This document shows, one piece after another, positions 39,001 through 49,596 of a stretch of DNA of 64,000 nucleotides. Each line of letters begins with the position of its first letter. The stretch's first letter is position 1. A program made the translations under genes and the position numbers. The notes below the pieces were generated by a model. That model did no database searches, was not told the DNA's origin, and saw only the letters and a program-made list of their open reading frames with translations. This DNA comes from Octopus vulgaris (Eukaryota): positions 36,332,001 to 36,396,000 of the forward strand of contig OX597840.1 of NCBI GenBank assembly GCA_951406725.2, read 5' to 3'.

Positions 39001-42000
39001 CCTAGCTATTCACTAGAAGTCATGGAAGTAAGCTGAAGTTGAAACCACGTCAGATTCTTTACCAGAGTTTCCTTGCAAAGAAAGGGATTCAAAAGCCATA
39101 CCAATGATGTCCTTTGATTTTACAGTTTTGATGTTGAGAATGTTCACTAGCGTCTCACTGATGAAAGTCTTCTCAGTGCTACCGTTATCAATTAATGCTT
39201 CGGCTTTGTAAGTATTAGTCACACGGAATGGTGAACCTGCTGATGCTGATACTGCCGAAAGTAGATCATATTTATCATCTTTATGTGTCACAATTGCTGA
39301 GTTCTTCCTACAAAGTTTTCCAAAATGTCCTATTTTTGGCATTTGTGGTAGACTCTGTGAGTGTCTGAAATAGCCCCAAAACCAACACTAAGAGGGTTTT
39401 CCTTTTTGGATCACAGCAGAGTGTTCTTCTTCCGGCTTTGAGGAATCAATTGTCTTGGCTATGATGAGTGCTGTTGGACTGAAGTTGGCACACTCAGAGT
39501 TTGAAAAAACTCTGGAACTCTGTTGTGCCACAGCTAGCAAACATGCTTGATCATAAGCTGTACTGAGGTTGGCAATTTTGTTTTCTAATAGTCTTTATCT
39601 TATCAGATTCAAAATGAGTCCATTCATAAACACATCTCAAAACATTTCAGACCTGCTCAGCACTCACTGCAAGTGTTTTGAGTTCATTCAAGAACTGGTC
39701 TAGAGATTCTCCTGCTTTCTGTCTTCTTGTGGCCAAAAGATGGCATACCATTACGATGTCCTTTGGTTTAATATACACACTCTTACAGCTTGTTCATAGT
39801 TCTCAACTTCACTCATGAATTCGTTTACATTCAGTTCCGCATAATCAAAAGATTGAATTTATTCCTGTCCTGGTTGTGAGTCTATAAAGTTGGTGAAAGT
39901 TCTAAGCCAATGATTAAAAACCTTGTCAGCATTTGTGGATTTTGGGTCAACATTCAATCTGTTCGCTTTCCATTTGTACCTGTCTTTCCATTAATTTTGT
40001 TCTTTATCGATTATTCAACAACTTCTTCAAAATTAGTTTCTTTCATTGTTATGAATGACCAGTAATTCTTGGTTCAATCATAATCCAAAACAGCAAAGTG
40101 TCATATAGTGCTATCCACGATATTCTTGATTAAATGTATGTCATTCAAAATGGCTCCTCGCTCTCCCTGATCATCAAATGGCCATGCCCTCCATGTCAAG
40201 GGAAATCACTGAAATCATAGCACAATTTGCATAACAGTCAAGTAAGCAGATGCGTAACACAGTTTTTATCACATTGTGAAAGGGTTTTGAGGCAACTTCA
40301 AAGTCGATGGTTCTGTATCTTGACTTTGCAAAGGTATATCATGGCATTATCTGTCACAAGCTGCAAGATTTTGGCAGAGTAAACTAAGAGAGTGGCTACA
40401 TGGTTTCTTAAAATATAGAAGTCTGACAGTTGCAACCAATAGTGCCCTCACTAGAGAAAGACAATTTCTGAGTGAAGTACCCCAGGGAACTGTCCTGTAG
40501 CAGCTTACAGTAGCTCTCTTAGACCTGCCCATGGTTACTTGGACAGCTGCACTACCTACGCTGACATTACAAAATTATCACATGCAATATAGAGACCCGG
40601 TGATGTCACAAGCTTGGAGCAGGACCTAAATGCAATATGCAAGGGAACTGAACAAAGCAACATGCAGTTTAATGCCTTGATTACTGCTCTCAGCTGTGGT
40701 CCCCACATAGTGTCAAACTAACAGCAAAGCTTGAAGCAATTCAATGCTACTACAAAAAAAATTTGCCACACTACTTGGGTAGGCTGGAAACAAAAATTAT
40801 GAATTTATTCTCTGAAGTGATGATGTGAGAGATATGTAATAGTTTACATGTAGAAAATTCAGGAAGGACTCATACCTAATGTCAACATCCAGATTTATGC
40901 AAATGCCCATACTCTACGTCATCGTGTAATACCAAATTTAGCATCCAAAGTACTGCAATAGCTTAAGATTCAAAAACCCACAGCTCTTTAATGTTGTGCC
41001 AAAAGAATTAAGAAACCTAGTCAATGTGGATGTCTCCTAAAAGAAACTGGGCATTCTCCTAGCCATGACACCAGAGGAATTAACATCCTGGGATGAAGTT
41101 CAGTGCGTCTCTGACCCTTTTTTTTACTAACAAGTTTTCAAAGACAACTTTCTTTGCTATAATTCAATTTTTTAATGGACAAACATCAGGTCAGAGTAAT
41201 TTAGTTCTAGGTAATAGCCTTTACAGGGATGATTACTCACCATAGTAAGTGAATATTTGACGCCTCACCACTTCACTGTAGTTACTGATCCAAACTTTAG
41301 TACATGGCTTCAGCTAAACTCAGGTACACATTCTTTATGTTTTATATATTCATATATATCCCTTAGTCCCCAGTATCCATAGAAAATTTTCCACAGCTCC
41401 TACATAGGGTTGATGTTACCCTCTCTGAGAAGCCCTGCTCTATATTCTTCCAGTGTCTCAGCTGACTACTGGCCTGTTATTATAACTTCCAATATTTCAA
41501 TTATGAAGCAAAAAAGCTATAAACAACCACCATCTTTATGCCTTTCAGTATCTTTCTCTATTCAGTGAGCTCCAGTACAGTTCTCTGAAGCCAGATCAAG
41601 TGGGAAGTTTCATTCTTGTATGACACCAGTATTTTCATATGTTTGACAACTTCTGCAAAAAATGGTGTAGCACTTCAAATCCGTAAAACCTTTGCCTCTG
41701 TGACAGAGTCACACCCATCTTTTGACTCCACCTGTCTCTCACCTGTTGAGCTGAATATTTCCTGTCAGAATATTCCATTGCAGTGTGTGATGAGGGGCTT
41801 CCCTGTCACTCACATTCCATCAAAGCTGGCAAGCCTCAAGGTTTAAGTATTTATGAAAACTGACAGTGATGTGGATTAGACAAAAGATGTGAAGAAAGAA
41901 ATAAAATATCATGGACAAATACATGTGGTTTGTTAGGAACATTTAATATTGTGTAGAAAATAATAAACAGTGAAATTTGTGAAGGCAATAAACAGGACAA

Positions 42001-42089
42001 CTTACTTTATCTGGATTTTCTTTAAGAAATGTTTTAATATAGTGAATGTCACCTTGTTTAATTTTCTCTGTAATTTTATAAACCTGCAT
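24083..42089 (-). CDS. Ankyrin-repeat plus double RING-HC protein (Mind bomb/MIB2-like C-terminal architecture, putative E3 ligase); 9 coding exons, about 535 aa if one frameshift is corrected
   Basis: Exons 42089-42006, 38782-38631, 37935-37776, 34912-34451, 33343-33307, 28082-27873, 25849-25671, 25273-25125, 24258-24083, all GT-AG with matching phases (0,2,0,2,0,0,2,1); frameshift inside the 34912-34451 exon. Confidence 0.85.
24480..24860 (+). mobile_element. RTE-clade LINE 3' fragment
   Basis: HVMRMNEDSCMKKCCSLKVDGICGRGRPRKTWDEVV. Confidence 0.75.
25125..25273 (-). CDS. ANK-RING gene exon, RING-HC finger 1
   Basis: CLICEDKEATVTFQPCEHTVMCEECCSKIKRKTCPQCRQPI (C3HC4). Confidence 0.9.
25671..25849 (-). 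CDS. ANK-RING gene exon, final ankyrin repeat
   Basis: FCLKFSLSKKDRLSGTVVASYLAYQGANFYHKNSENVTPLDLIKN...; tgtag acceptor, GTAAGT donor. Confidence 0.85.
26800..27750 (+). mobile_element. Decayed Tc1/mariner-superfamily transposase (DD37D/maT-like)
   Basis: HTH remnant SMTTLAKKHLSLSTVSRAV; QDSA; WPSKSPDLNLLDYFLWSVLQ; boundaries approximate. Confidence 0.7.
27873..28082 (-). CDS. ANK-RING gene exon, ankyrin repeats
   Basis: DSVKLDLKNRNKMTPLLLAVSGGHLGMIHTLISKRASINAVDGGGNNCMHLAV...; 210 nt, GTAAGT donor. Confidence 0.88.
28405..29835 (-). mobile_element. Decayed CR1-group LINE of the same family
   Basis: DYAKAFDKVKHG, IPQGTVLG, ADD, LGFQGP homology to copies A and B. Confidence 0.88.
29750..30678. 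repeat. About 298-bp direct duplication (29750-30047 / 30048-30343) overlapping a foldback palindrome (about 30140-30678)
   Basis: Direct reading of the duplicated and reverse-complemented text. Confidence 0.9.
30720..32170 (-). mobile_element. Helitron Rep/Helicase pseudogene fragment
   Basis: LPHVHILLW (HUH motif), INVEFCNSVKSIKYVSKYVNKGSD, LAVHLENGERVYF, TTLTAFFKLCQDDEFAAKLLYNEVPQYYTW; several frameshifts. Confidence 0.92.
32652..33078 (+). mobile_element. Full-length tRNA-derived SINE (family A); partial copies near 1575-1685, 5260-5358, 10085-10222, 12070-12320, 19925-20300, 34140-34290, 62850-63030
   Basis: A-box TGGCTGTGTGG, B-box GGTTCAGTCCC, internal TA/TG microsatellite, 3' CCAGCATGGCC...TGAAACAAG. 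Confidence 0.85.
33307..33343 (-). CDS. ANK-RING gene 37-nt small exon ((W)QRYDILTLMLSQ)
   Basis: cttttcag acceptor, CAG|GTCAGT donor; supplies exactly the phase 2-to-0 link needed. Confidence 0.75.
34451..34912 (-). CDS. ANK-RING gene exon with about 4.5 similar ankyrin repeats; frameshift near 34693
   Basis: GDTPLHLAC/GYTPLHWAC repeats split between ORFs 34691-34945 and 34447-34893; AAC ATC T AAT GGT TAC has one extra base. Confidence 0.9.
36188..36267 (-). pseudogene. tRNA-like sequence (degenerate, repeat-embedded)
   Basis: TGGTGTAAATGGTTAGCAC (A-box/D-arm) and TTCAAGTCCC (T-arm); stems imperfect. Confidence 0.45.
36497..37762 (+). mobile_element. Full-length frameshifted mariner transposon in an ANK-RING intron
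   Basis: TIRs TTAGGTCGTCAAGTATGAAATTTG; ORF pieces 36687-37693 with CDEKW, LQDNARSH and HPPYSPALAPTEY. Confidence 0.92.
37776..37935 (-). CDS. ANK-RING gene exon, ankyrin repeat
   Basis: HQRDAVALMISRQANVNSQNFRGNSPLHRVV...YILQ; tttcag acceptor, weak CAG|GTTAAT donor. Confidence 0.8.
38631..38782 (-). CDS. ANK-RING gene exon, ankyrin repeats
   Basis: INQTNSWGLTYLMVACQQGNTDLINLLIDAGADLDMSDKGGNTALHYAVT; cag acceptor, GTAAGT donor. Confidence 0.9.
39013..39975 (-). mobile_element. Gypsy-type LTR retrotransposon gag/protease remnant
   Basis: RLNVDPKSTNADKVFNHWLRTFTNFI gag start, Zn-knuckle remnant KIGHFGKLC, aspartic-protease-like ALIDNGS. Confidence 0.7.
40270..41110 (+). mobile_element. Highly decayed CR1-group LINE
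   Basis: LYLDFAK, VPQGTVL, YAD and YCNSL remnants colinear with copy B. Confidence 0.7.
42006..42089 (-). CDS. ANK-RING gene first coding exon (MQVYKITEKIKQGDIHYIKTFLKENPDK)
   Basis: Acceptor ttttttag at 42110-42109, ATG 42089, donor GTAAGT 42005; reads as the helical half of an ankyrin repeat. Confidence 0.75.
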
Positions 42090-43004
42090 ATTTTTTGAAT
42101 GAAAGATGCTAAAAAAGAAAGGAACAAAAATAGTTTAAAAAAAGAAAAACTTATAAAATGAAGTCAACAGCAATACACAAATGATGGTTCTAAAACCTCA
42201 GATAATGACAAATATTAGAAACTTCAGTTTATTTAAACTATTGTTTTTAGCTGAATGCTCTTCCTGGCACCAATAAACCCAAGAGCAAGCATTGCATTGT
42301 GTCTCCGGGTTAGCTACCTTATTCTGCTTATTACAGTCTGATTATTTACAATTAAACCCTAAATAGAAGAATGTACGGTCTGTTGGTAGAAATTGTGCAC
42401 CTTGAGATATAGACCTGTGGATCATACCACATCAAGAAGACATTGTATACCTTGACTCATGGATCTGTGGATCATACCCCGGAAGAAGACACTACATCTT
42501 GAGCTATAGATGTGTAGATCAGTCCTCAGCTGGGTGGAAAGTGGATTTGAATATGACAGCAGGGCACAGGGCATGAGGTCTTCACGAACGTATACTCCTA
42601 CTCCACAAAGTCTACTTTCTCTTCTGTCTGTAGTTAATACTTTGGCAATTGTATTTCCATGTCTGCTATATCAGATCTAAAATGCAGTTCCATGTATTGT
42701 ACACATAGAACTTGATAGCATGAGTGATGTCTCTCAGGAAAGAGGTTTTTGTTTTGTTGCTGAGGTGCAGCAGGACAAATATTCAATGAAAATAGTAGTG
42801 GACTCCTGTGCTGGTAATAGTGTGGTCATCCTGTATCTATTGACCGTGGTGGCATCATATGGTGATGGGCATGGTCAGGTCAAATTCCACACAATCTTCT
42901 GTACCATGTACAAAGGAGATTTTTCTTCATCTGTTGCCCTTTTCACATCTGAGTGAAGTTGATTGTTTTAAGTAGTGTGCACTGTGTTTGCATATTATTT
43001 TTTA

Positions 43005-43432
43005 GGGGCAGATGATAGCTGTACAAGCTTTGTACAAGGATGCTACCAGTAAAGTGAGGGTGGGCAACAAATACAGTGAAGGATTCAGGTACAAGTAGGG
43101 GTTCACCAAGGATCGGTGCTCAGCCCCTCCTGTTCATCATAGTCCTCCAGGCAATAACAGAGGAATTCAAGATAAGCTGCCCCTGGGAGCTCCTCTATGC
43201 TGATGACCCTGTTCTTATAGCTGAATCACTACCTAAGCTAGAGGAGTCCCAGCTATGAAAACAAGCTCTAGAATCAAAGGGCCTTAGAGTTAACCTAGCA
43301 AAAGCCAAACTCTTAGTAAGTGGAAAGGCAGACAAATCACAAATCCCTTCAGGTAGATGACCCCGTTCAATCTGTAGAAAAGGTGTAGGCAGAAACTCCA
43401 TAAGATGCACCCAGTGTAAGCTTCGGACACAC
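43005..43432 (+). mobile_element. RTE-clade LINE reverse-transcriptase fragment
   Basis: GVHQGSVLS / PLLFIIVLQAITEEFKISCPWELLYADD; GLRVNLAK. Confidence 0.85.
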
Positions 43433-43846
43433 AAAACTGAGACAACATTCTGTCACTTATGTTTACGTAAACAGCTATTTATACAGAATATACGGATAGC
43501 GTGTGTATAAAATTATAGAATTATTTTAATTGTTACGCGTGTCTAAAATTATTCGTTTTGTTTTTGTTTTGAGTTTTTGGTTTCGTTTCTTTTTCTTAAT
43601 TGTTAAATTAAAATTATTTCCCATTGCTTTCGTTTTTTTCTTTTTCTTAATTGTTATCCTTAGATTAATTTAACAATTAAGGGAAAAAAACGAAAGGCTA
43701 AAACTCAAAACAAAAACAAAACGAATAATTTTAGACACACGAGTAACAATTAAATTAATTTAACAGTTAAGAAAAAAAAACAAAAAACGAAAGGCTAAAA
43801 TTTAGGGTTAGGGTGAGGGTTAGTGACAGGATGTTGTCTCAGTTTT
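43433..43846. repeat. Foldback element with terminal inverted repeats and an internal TTAGGG run
   Basis: AAAACTGAGACAACATTCTGTCACT / AGTGACAGGATGTTGTCTCAGTTTT; TTAGGGTTAGGGTGAGGGTTAG at 43802-43823. Confidence 0.8.
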
Positions 43847-44463
43847 AGACGCAGCAAAAGATTTTAGCTAAATAGAGGCAATCGATTGGTTAAAATTCGA
43901 AAAATTAAACTACGTTAAACTTACAAATTACAATTTTCTCAAGAAAGCCAAGAGAAAAAAATGTTTTATTTTGACACATTCTACCAGTATACGAAGTTTA
44001 AAAGTGTTTAGTTAACTAGAAATTGTGTTGAAAACTGCCGTTCAAAAGGAAAAGATCCCAATCAACTTCTGTACTCTTACTCATTCATTCGTTTTCTCTC
44101 TCATTCTCTAATCTTACATATTCACCGAACATTTCTTCCATGATATTTGTACATTATTTCGAGACAAAAACCTATCAACCTTTTCCGATTCTATTCGTTA
44201 ATTATCTCCACTGGAAATTATAAATTAAAAAAAAAAAAAACCCCAAAAAACAACAATTATAATAATTTTGTATATTCATATGAATTCCCGTGGGTAGAAC
44301 ATAGATCCGCAAAACCTTTCTGAAAATCTCAAATAAAAAAGTGTCATTCACTCGTTTTCAGTCTCAGAATTAGTTACGAAGGGTTAAATGTGGAGCGCAA
44401 AGCAGAATACTTCGCCATGATCACAAAAATTATAGGCGATCTTATAATTATTATTTTTTTTTT

Positions 44464-44580
44464 ACTTACCACGAAGGACGACGAAGGATTTGCAAAAGGT
44501 GGAGGAAGCTGAAACCACAAAGGGTAGAAGGTAATCGAGTTTAGGTTACATCCGGAAGTAATTTGAAATCGATTTCAAGT
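44464..44580 (-). promoter_or_regulatory. Candidate non-coding first exon and core promoter of the ANK-RING gene
   Basis: Minus-strand donor G|GTAAGT at 44469, ETS motif CCGGAAGT 44552-44559, 16-bp palindrome TTGAAATCGATTTCAA 44563-44578, CpG-enriched. Confidence 0.55.
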
Positions 44581-45099
44581 TAGCAGGGGAGAAATCGAAT
44601 AGGACGGAATCCAAAATCGTGTTTCGAAATCAATTTATGTTTCACTTCTCAGGCGATGAATGAGTCATTCAACTGGCGACCACGTGTCGCAGTGGTCGAC
44701 TACTAACACTTTAATGCAGTAAACTGTAGGAAATACACATCCTCTCTTTTCTCATCCATGCACTCACTCCTACTCTTTTTATACTCATTCACTGTCATCT
44801 CTCACTCACTCACTCTCTCTCTCTCTCTCTCTCTCTGCCTTTCCCTTTTTTTCTCTCTCTTTCGCTTTTCTACTTTCACTTTTTACCTTCTCTCTCCCTC
44901 CCTCTTTATTATCATCTCCTGCCTTCAATCAACTCTTACTCATACATTCGCTTTCTCTCACTCTTTAATCTTCCATAATCACAACATCTTTTCAAGGACG
45001 TTCCTGCCGTGACTTCTTCTCATTAACGAATTTACCGCGACTAGGTTCATTAGATTTCCTTTTTTTAGTCATTCTTCTTTCGTTCGCACTGGATTTAGG

Positions 45100-45269
45100 C
45101 GGAGGTAAAGATCGACCCCAGTCCGCAACTGGTACTTAATTAATCGACCCCGAAAAGGAAAAAAGGCAAAGTCGACCTCGGCGGAATTTGAACTCAGAAC
45201 GTAACGGCAGACGAAATACCGCTAAGCATTATGACCGGCCTGCTAACGTTTCTGCCAGCTCGCCGCCTT
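45100..45269 (-). mobile_element. SINE family B; other copies near 4060-4270, 4300-4495, 12768-12890, 13845-13990, 38245-38430, 55838-56145, 63700-63860
   Basis: GGCGGCGAGCTGGCAGAAACGTTAGCA...GTTCTGAGTTCAAATTCCGCCGAGGTCGACTTTGCCTTT recurring on both strands. Confidence 0.85.
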
Positions 45270-45653
45270 AGAAACTTTAAATAATGACTGATAATATCGC
45301 TTTTAGGTAGACTTTTCAAAATTTAAATTTCATTTTTTGCCCATACAATCGCAGTATTTGACTTTTCTTTCATTGTGAAAAGTACAAAAGAAGTGGGGGG
45401 GGGGGGGAGAAGGGGTAAGATATTTCTTCTTTTAGAGCGAGTTACAAATGTTTCAGAATGTGGAATAAGATAAGACAGAAAATTACGGAATAAAAAAAAT
45501 GTGGTTGTTGCTGTTCCAAACGGATGATGATGATGTGCGCCTGGGTTCAATCTCCTGTGGTGGCATTGGTACTTGAAAAGTATCCATTGGCTCTTCCATT
45601 CTCTTGGGTTCGCTCTCAATGAATCTTTTTTTCAGTTGGTTCATGTGTCTCTT

Positions 45654-45860
45654 CATCATCATCATCGTTTAACGTCCGCTTTCCGTGCTGGCATGGGTTG
45701 GACGATTTGACTGAAGACTGGCGAACCAGATGGCTGCACCAGGTTCCGGTCTGATCTGGCAGAGTTTCTACAGCTGGATGCCCTTCCTAACGCCAACCAC
45801 TCCGAGAGTGCAGTGGCTGCTTTTACATGCCACCGGCACGAGGGCCAGTCAGGCAGTACT
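45654..45860 (-). mobile_element. RTE-type 3'-tail element with (GAT)n tail; other copies near 10275-10330, 20150-20200, 23412-23690, 26349-26590, 35235-35377
   Basis: (CAT)n-CGTTTAACGTCCGCTTTCCATGCTAGCATGGGTTGGACG-type motif recurring. Confidence 0.7.
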
Positions 45861-45869
45861 GAATCTACT

Positions 45870-46482
45870 AAAGGGTAATATTGTGCCATATTTGACTCAC
45901 CAAATGCCTCTGTGCACTAAGCCAAAAGCGGTATGGAATTTTTTGATCACCATAATATTGATGTAATCGAATGGCCTCCACAGACCCTGGACCTGAATCC
46001 GATCGAGAACTTATGGAATTATGTTTCCAAAAAAGTTCATGCTAAAAAAAACATCTAATGTAAAACAATTATTTGATTATATCAAAGAAATATGGCAAAA
46101 TATTCCCATAAAATTTTGTAATCACTTAGCGAATTCAATGTTGAGTCGTTGTTCATCGGTTATCAAGAATAAAGACTACGGCACAAAGTACGAATATATA
46201 TTTCGTTCTAGTTGTTCATTTTTGCTACAATCTTAAGCTTTAAATAAAATTATAATGTTACAGTCTTAAACGAATTTTACCGGTAAATTTGAAAACTTTA
46301 TATTTATTTAGCATTAGAATTCTTCAAGCTGTATAAAAATGGTTATTGTCTGCATCATTCGAAAGAGAAATAAATTCTGCATAAGGTGTGGACGATAAAA
46401 ACAGTTTGTATGGTGTTAATAACAAAATATTTTGTAAGAAATTGAACTTTTATCATCGGTCTTAAATTTATTTTCGCCAGGG

Positions 46483-46484
<2 letters not shown>
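45870..46484 (+). mobile_element. Tc1-like transposon 3' fragment
   Basis: IEWPPQTLDLNPIENLWNY and IWQNIPIKFCNHLANSMLSRCSSVIKNKDYGTKY; ends at a (TA)n tract. Confidence 0.75.
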
Positions 46485-46551
<67 letters not shown>

Positions 46552-46599
46552 TAGAAATAAGTTACGAAAAGAAAATATAAAATACTCATGGAAATGTAA

Positions 46600-46994
46600 G
46601 GGTAAAATATGAAAAATCAACGAAAATGCACCTTGCAAATAGAAAAAGGCTATTTATGACAGGTAACGACAAATATATACATTTAGATTGACTGAGGTAG
46701 TAATACGAGTGATAAAAGTCATTATTATGAGATGATTATAAGATGATAATAAAGTAAGAGAACAAAACGGTCCATGGTTTACACAAAGCTATTCATCGTT
46801 TGAACCTTTGCGTAAACCATGGTTCGTTTTGTTCTCTTACTTTATTATCATCTTATAATCATCTCATAATAATGACTTTTATCACTCATATTACTACCTC
46901 AGTCAATCTAAATGTATATATTTGTCGTTACATGTCATAAATAGCCTTTTTCTATTTGCAAGGTGCATTTTCGTTGACTTTTCATATTTTACCC
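46600..46994. repeat. Near-perfect palindrome, arms about 190 bp, 17-nt loop
   Basis: 46600-46788 is the reverse complement of 46806-46994 with few mismatches. Confidence 0.95.
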
Positions 46995-47029
46995 CTATAT
47001 ATATATATATATATATAAATCCTTAAAAA

Positions 47030-49527
47030 TGATTTAGCCCAAAGGGCGTGGCCATGCTGGGGCACCACCGCTGAATGAGCTACACTAATTTGTGAATCCA
47101 CCTCTGATACGTGGCACTTGATCAACAAGGGAGTTCGATGCCGCTGCCCGCATCTGTGTCTCCTGTCGTGAGGTAGGTTCATCTGGGACCCCTGACAAGA
47201 AGAGATCCAGTTTAGTTTTAAAGAAACCCACATCCACACCATGTAAGTCTCTCAGGCATTTAGGAGGATGTTAAAGAGCTGTGGTCCTCTGAAACCCAAG
47301 CTGTTGCAGTATCTGGTCCTGTATTTTGATGGTGATGTTGGAATCTTTGGCACCATGCAGTGGTGCCCCGTTCTGCGGTTGGGGTAACTTTGAATGCCAA
47401 AGTTTGGGACAAGACCCTCCAGGATTTTCCAGATGTATATCACCACATATCTCTCCCGCCTCTGCTCTAGGGAGAAGAGGTTTAATACCTTCAGTCTTTC
47501 CCAGTAGCTGATATTTTGCATTGAGACGATTTTCTTTATGTAGCTTCTCTGAATTGCTTCGAGTTCTGCTGTTAGTTTTATATTGTGTGGTGACCATAGT
47601 TGGGAGCAGTAGTCCCTGAGGACGAATGTTTTCCATAGGACCATCAGTGTCTCCTTCTCTCTTGTTCTGAAAGTTCGGAGAATCCATCCAGCTAGCCGTC
47701 TGCATTTTATCACCAGATTAGTAATATGCACTTGGAAAGATGCATCATTGCTCATGTCAATACCCAGGTCACGCACTGATTTTGACTCAGGGATTGCAAT
47801 TCTTCCTGGGCCAGTGTATCCAGTCTGCAAGTCGTTTACCTTTGTGTGCCAGTAGCGCAGGGCCTGGAACTTACCTGCATTAAACTGCATGTTGTTGTCC
47901 TCAGCCCACCTGTATTTTGTATCCAACTCCTGTTGCAGATGCGCAATATTTTCAGGGTTTTGTATTGTGTGGGAGACTTTTGTGTCATCTGCATAGCTAG
48001 CAAGGGTGGCCATCGTAGCAACTGAGGGCATGTCTGAAAGGGCCACTATGAACAACAGTGGCCCCAAGACAGTGCCCTGTGGAACACCGCTTGTTATTTG
48101 TGTTTCCTTGGAGGTGGCACCATTGCTCACAACTGCCTGTCTTCTGTCTTTTAGGAAGTTGTGCAGTCACTCTCCAAGTTTTCCGCCTATGGCGAGACCA
48201 CGCAGTTTGTGACAGATCATACCATGGTCAACTTTATCAAAGGCTTCTGCAAAGTCGAGATATATTACATCCACACTTGAGCCATTTAGTAGCTGTTTTA
48301 ACACCCAGTCATAGTGTTGCAGGAGCTGTGTTAGGCAGCCTCTACCTGGTCGAAATCCATGCTGAGTGTCAGACAGCAAGTCATTTTCTTCAAGGAACAT
48401 GATTAGTTTCTTGCGGACTATTCATTCCATGACTTTGCTGATGTGTGAGGTCAGAGAGATAGGCCTATAATTTTTAGCATCTGCCCTGCTAACTCCCTTA
48501 TGGATAGGGCATACTACCCCCTCTTTCAATTTTACTGGGAGCTTACCACTTGCAAGAAAGCTCTGAAAAAAAAGCTGTTGCGGTTTTGCAAGGGCTCATT
48601 TGCATGATTTGAGAAGGATCGCTGGGAATCCATCAGGTCCAGCAGCTGAGTTTGTGTCAATATCATTTATGGCTAGTGTGATATCATCATCTTCAATGTT
48701 GATGTACTCAATTTTTGCCTCTTTGGCCGCAGGTAAAGTGGCAAAAAATTCTTCTGGGTTGTTTACTTGCCTGTGTCCTAGAGGTGTAGTGAACACACTT
48801 TGGAATTGTTCGTTCAGTATTTCACTTATCCTCGTGGGATTTCCTGTGAGAGAACCATCTTTTTGGAAGAGAGGTCCTATTCTCTGGTGCACTGTGGCTG
48901 TCTCTTTGGCAAACTTAAAGAAAGCTTTAGGGTTTGATTTTATATTTTCTATTACCCAAGCTTATTTATCTGCTTTCTCCTTTTCATGGGACTGATGCAG
49001 ACTTTTCTCAATCTCCATTAGCATTCTCTCGAGCCGAGACTTCTCACCACTTTTGGTGTGCTTGCTCAGGTGGTTCGCAATCCTTGTCCGTCGTCTCATA
49101 AGAATCTTCCTTTCTCTAGGGATCCTGTTTTTGTTTTTGTGTGTGCTGGCCCTGCACACTGGGACATATTTGTCACTTATGGCTTGTATTATGGACATGA
49201 AGTGTTTGTGTTTCATGTTAATGTCCGGTGTGGAGAGACATTTAGGCCAATCCTGTTTGAGGATCTCTTTCTCAATCAACTTCCAGTTTGCTTTATGAAA
49301 GTTTAAGTTGGAGAGATGGTGGATGCTTCGTATAGGCTGTGTGTCTACGGGAGCTTTTGTTCCATACATGTACAGCTCTATTATGTTGTGATCCGAGATC
49401 ATTGTCGGCATCACTTTAACATTATGGATAATATCCATATTGTTTGTGAAGCAGAGATCCAGTATATTATCTGCCCTTGTTGTTGGCAGAACTATTTGCT
49501 CCATGAAAGAGGCATTTGTGAGATGGA
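47030..49527 (-). mobile_element. 5'-truncated, frameshifted CR1-group LINE (copy A)
   Basis: ORF pieces 48962-49504, 48596-48892, 48167-48400, 47252-48130 colinear with copy B. Confidence 0.93.
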
Positions 49528-49596
49528 TATATATATGTATGTATTTATGTATATATATATATATATGTATTTATGTATATATATGTATGTATATAT

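Noticed and set aside
24083-42089. Naming the ANK-RING gene mib1 or mib2
   Set aside because: N-terminal Mind bomb domains are absent and orthology cannot be established without a phylogeny
45483-45655. KRHMNQLKKR peptide resembling a Gypsy integrase tail
   Set aside because: Too short, no other integrase motifs nearby
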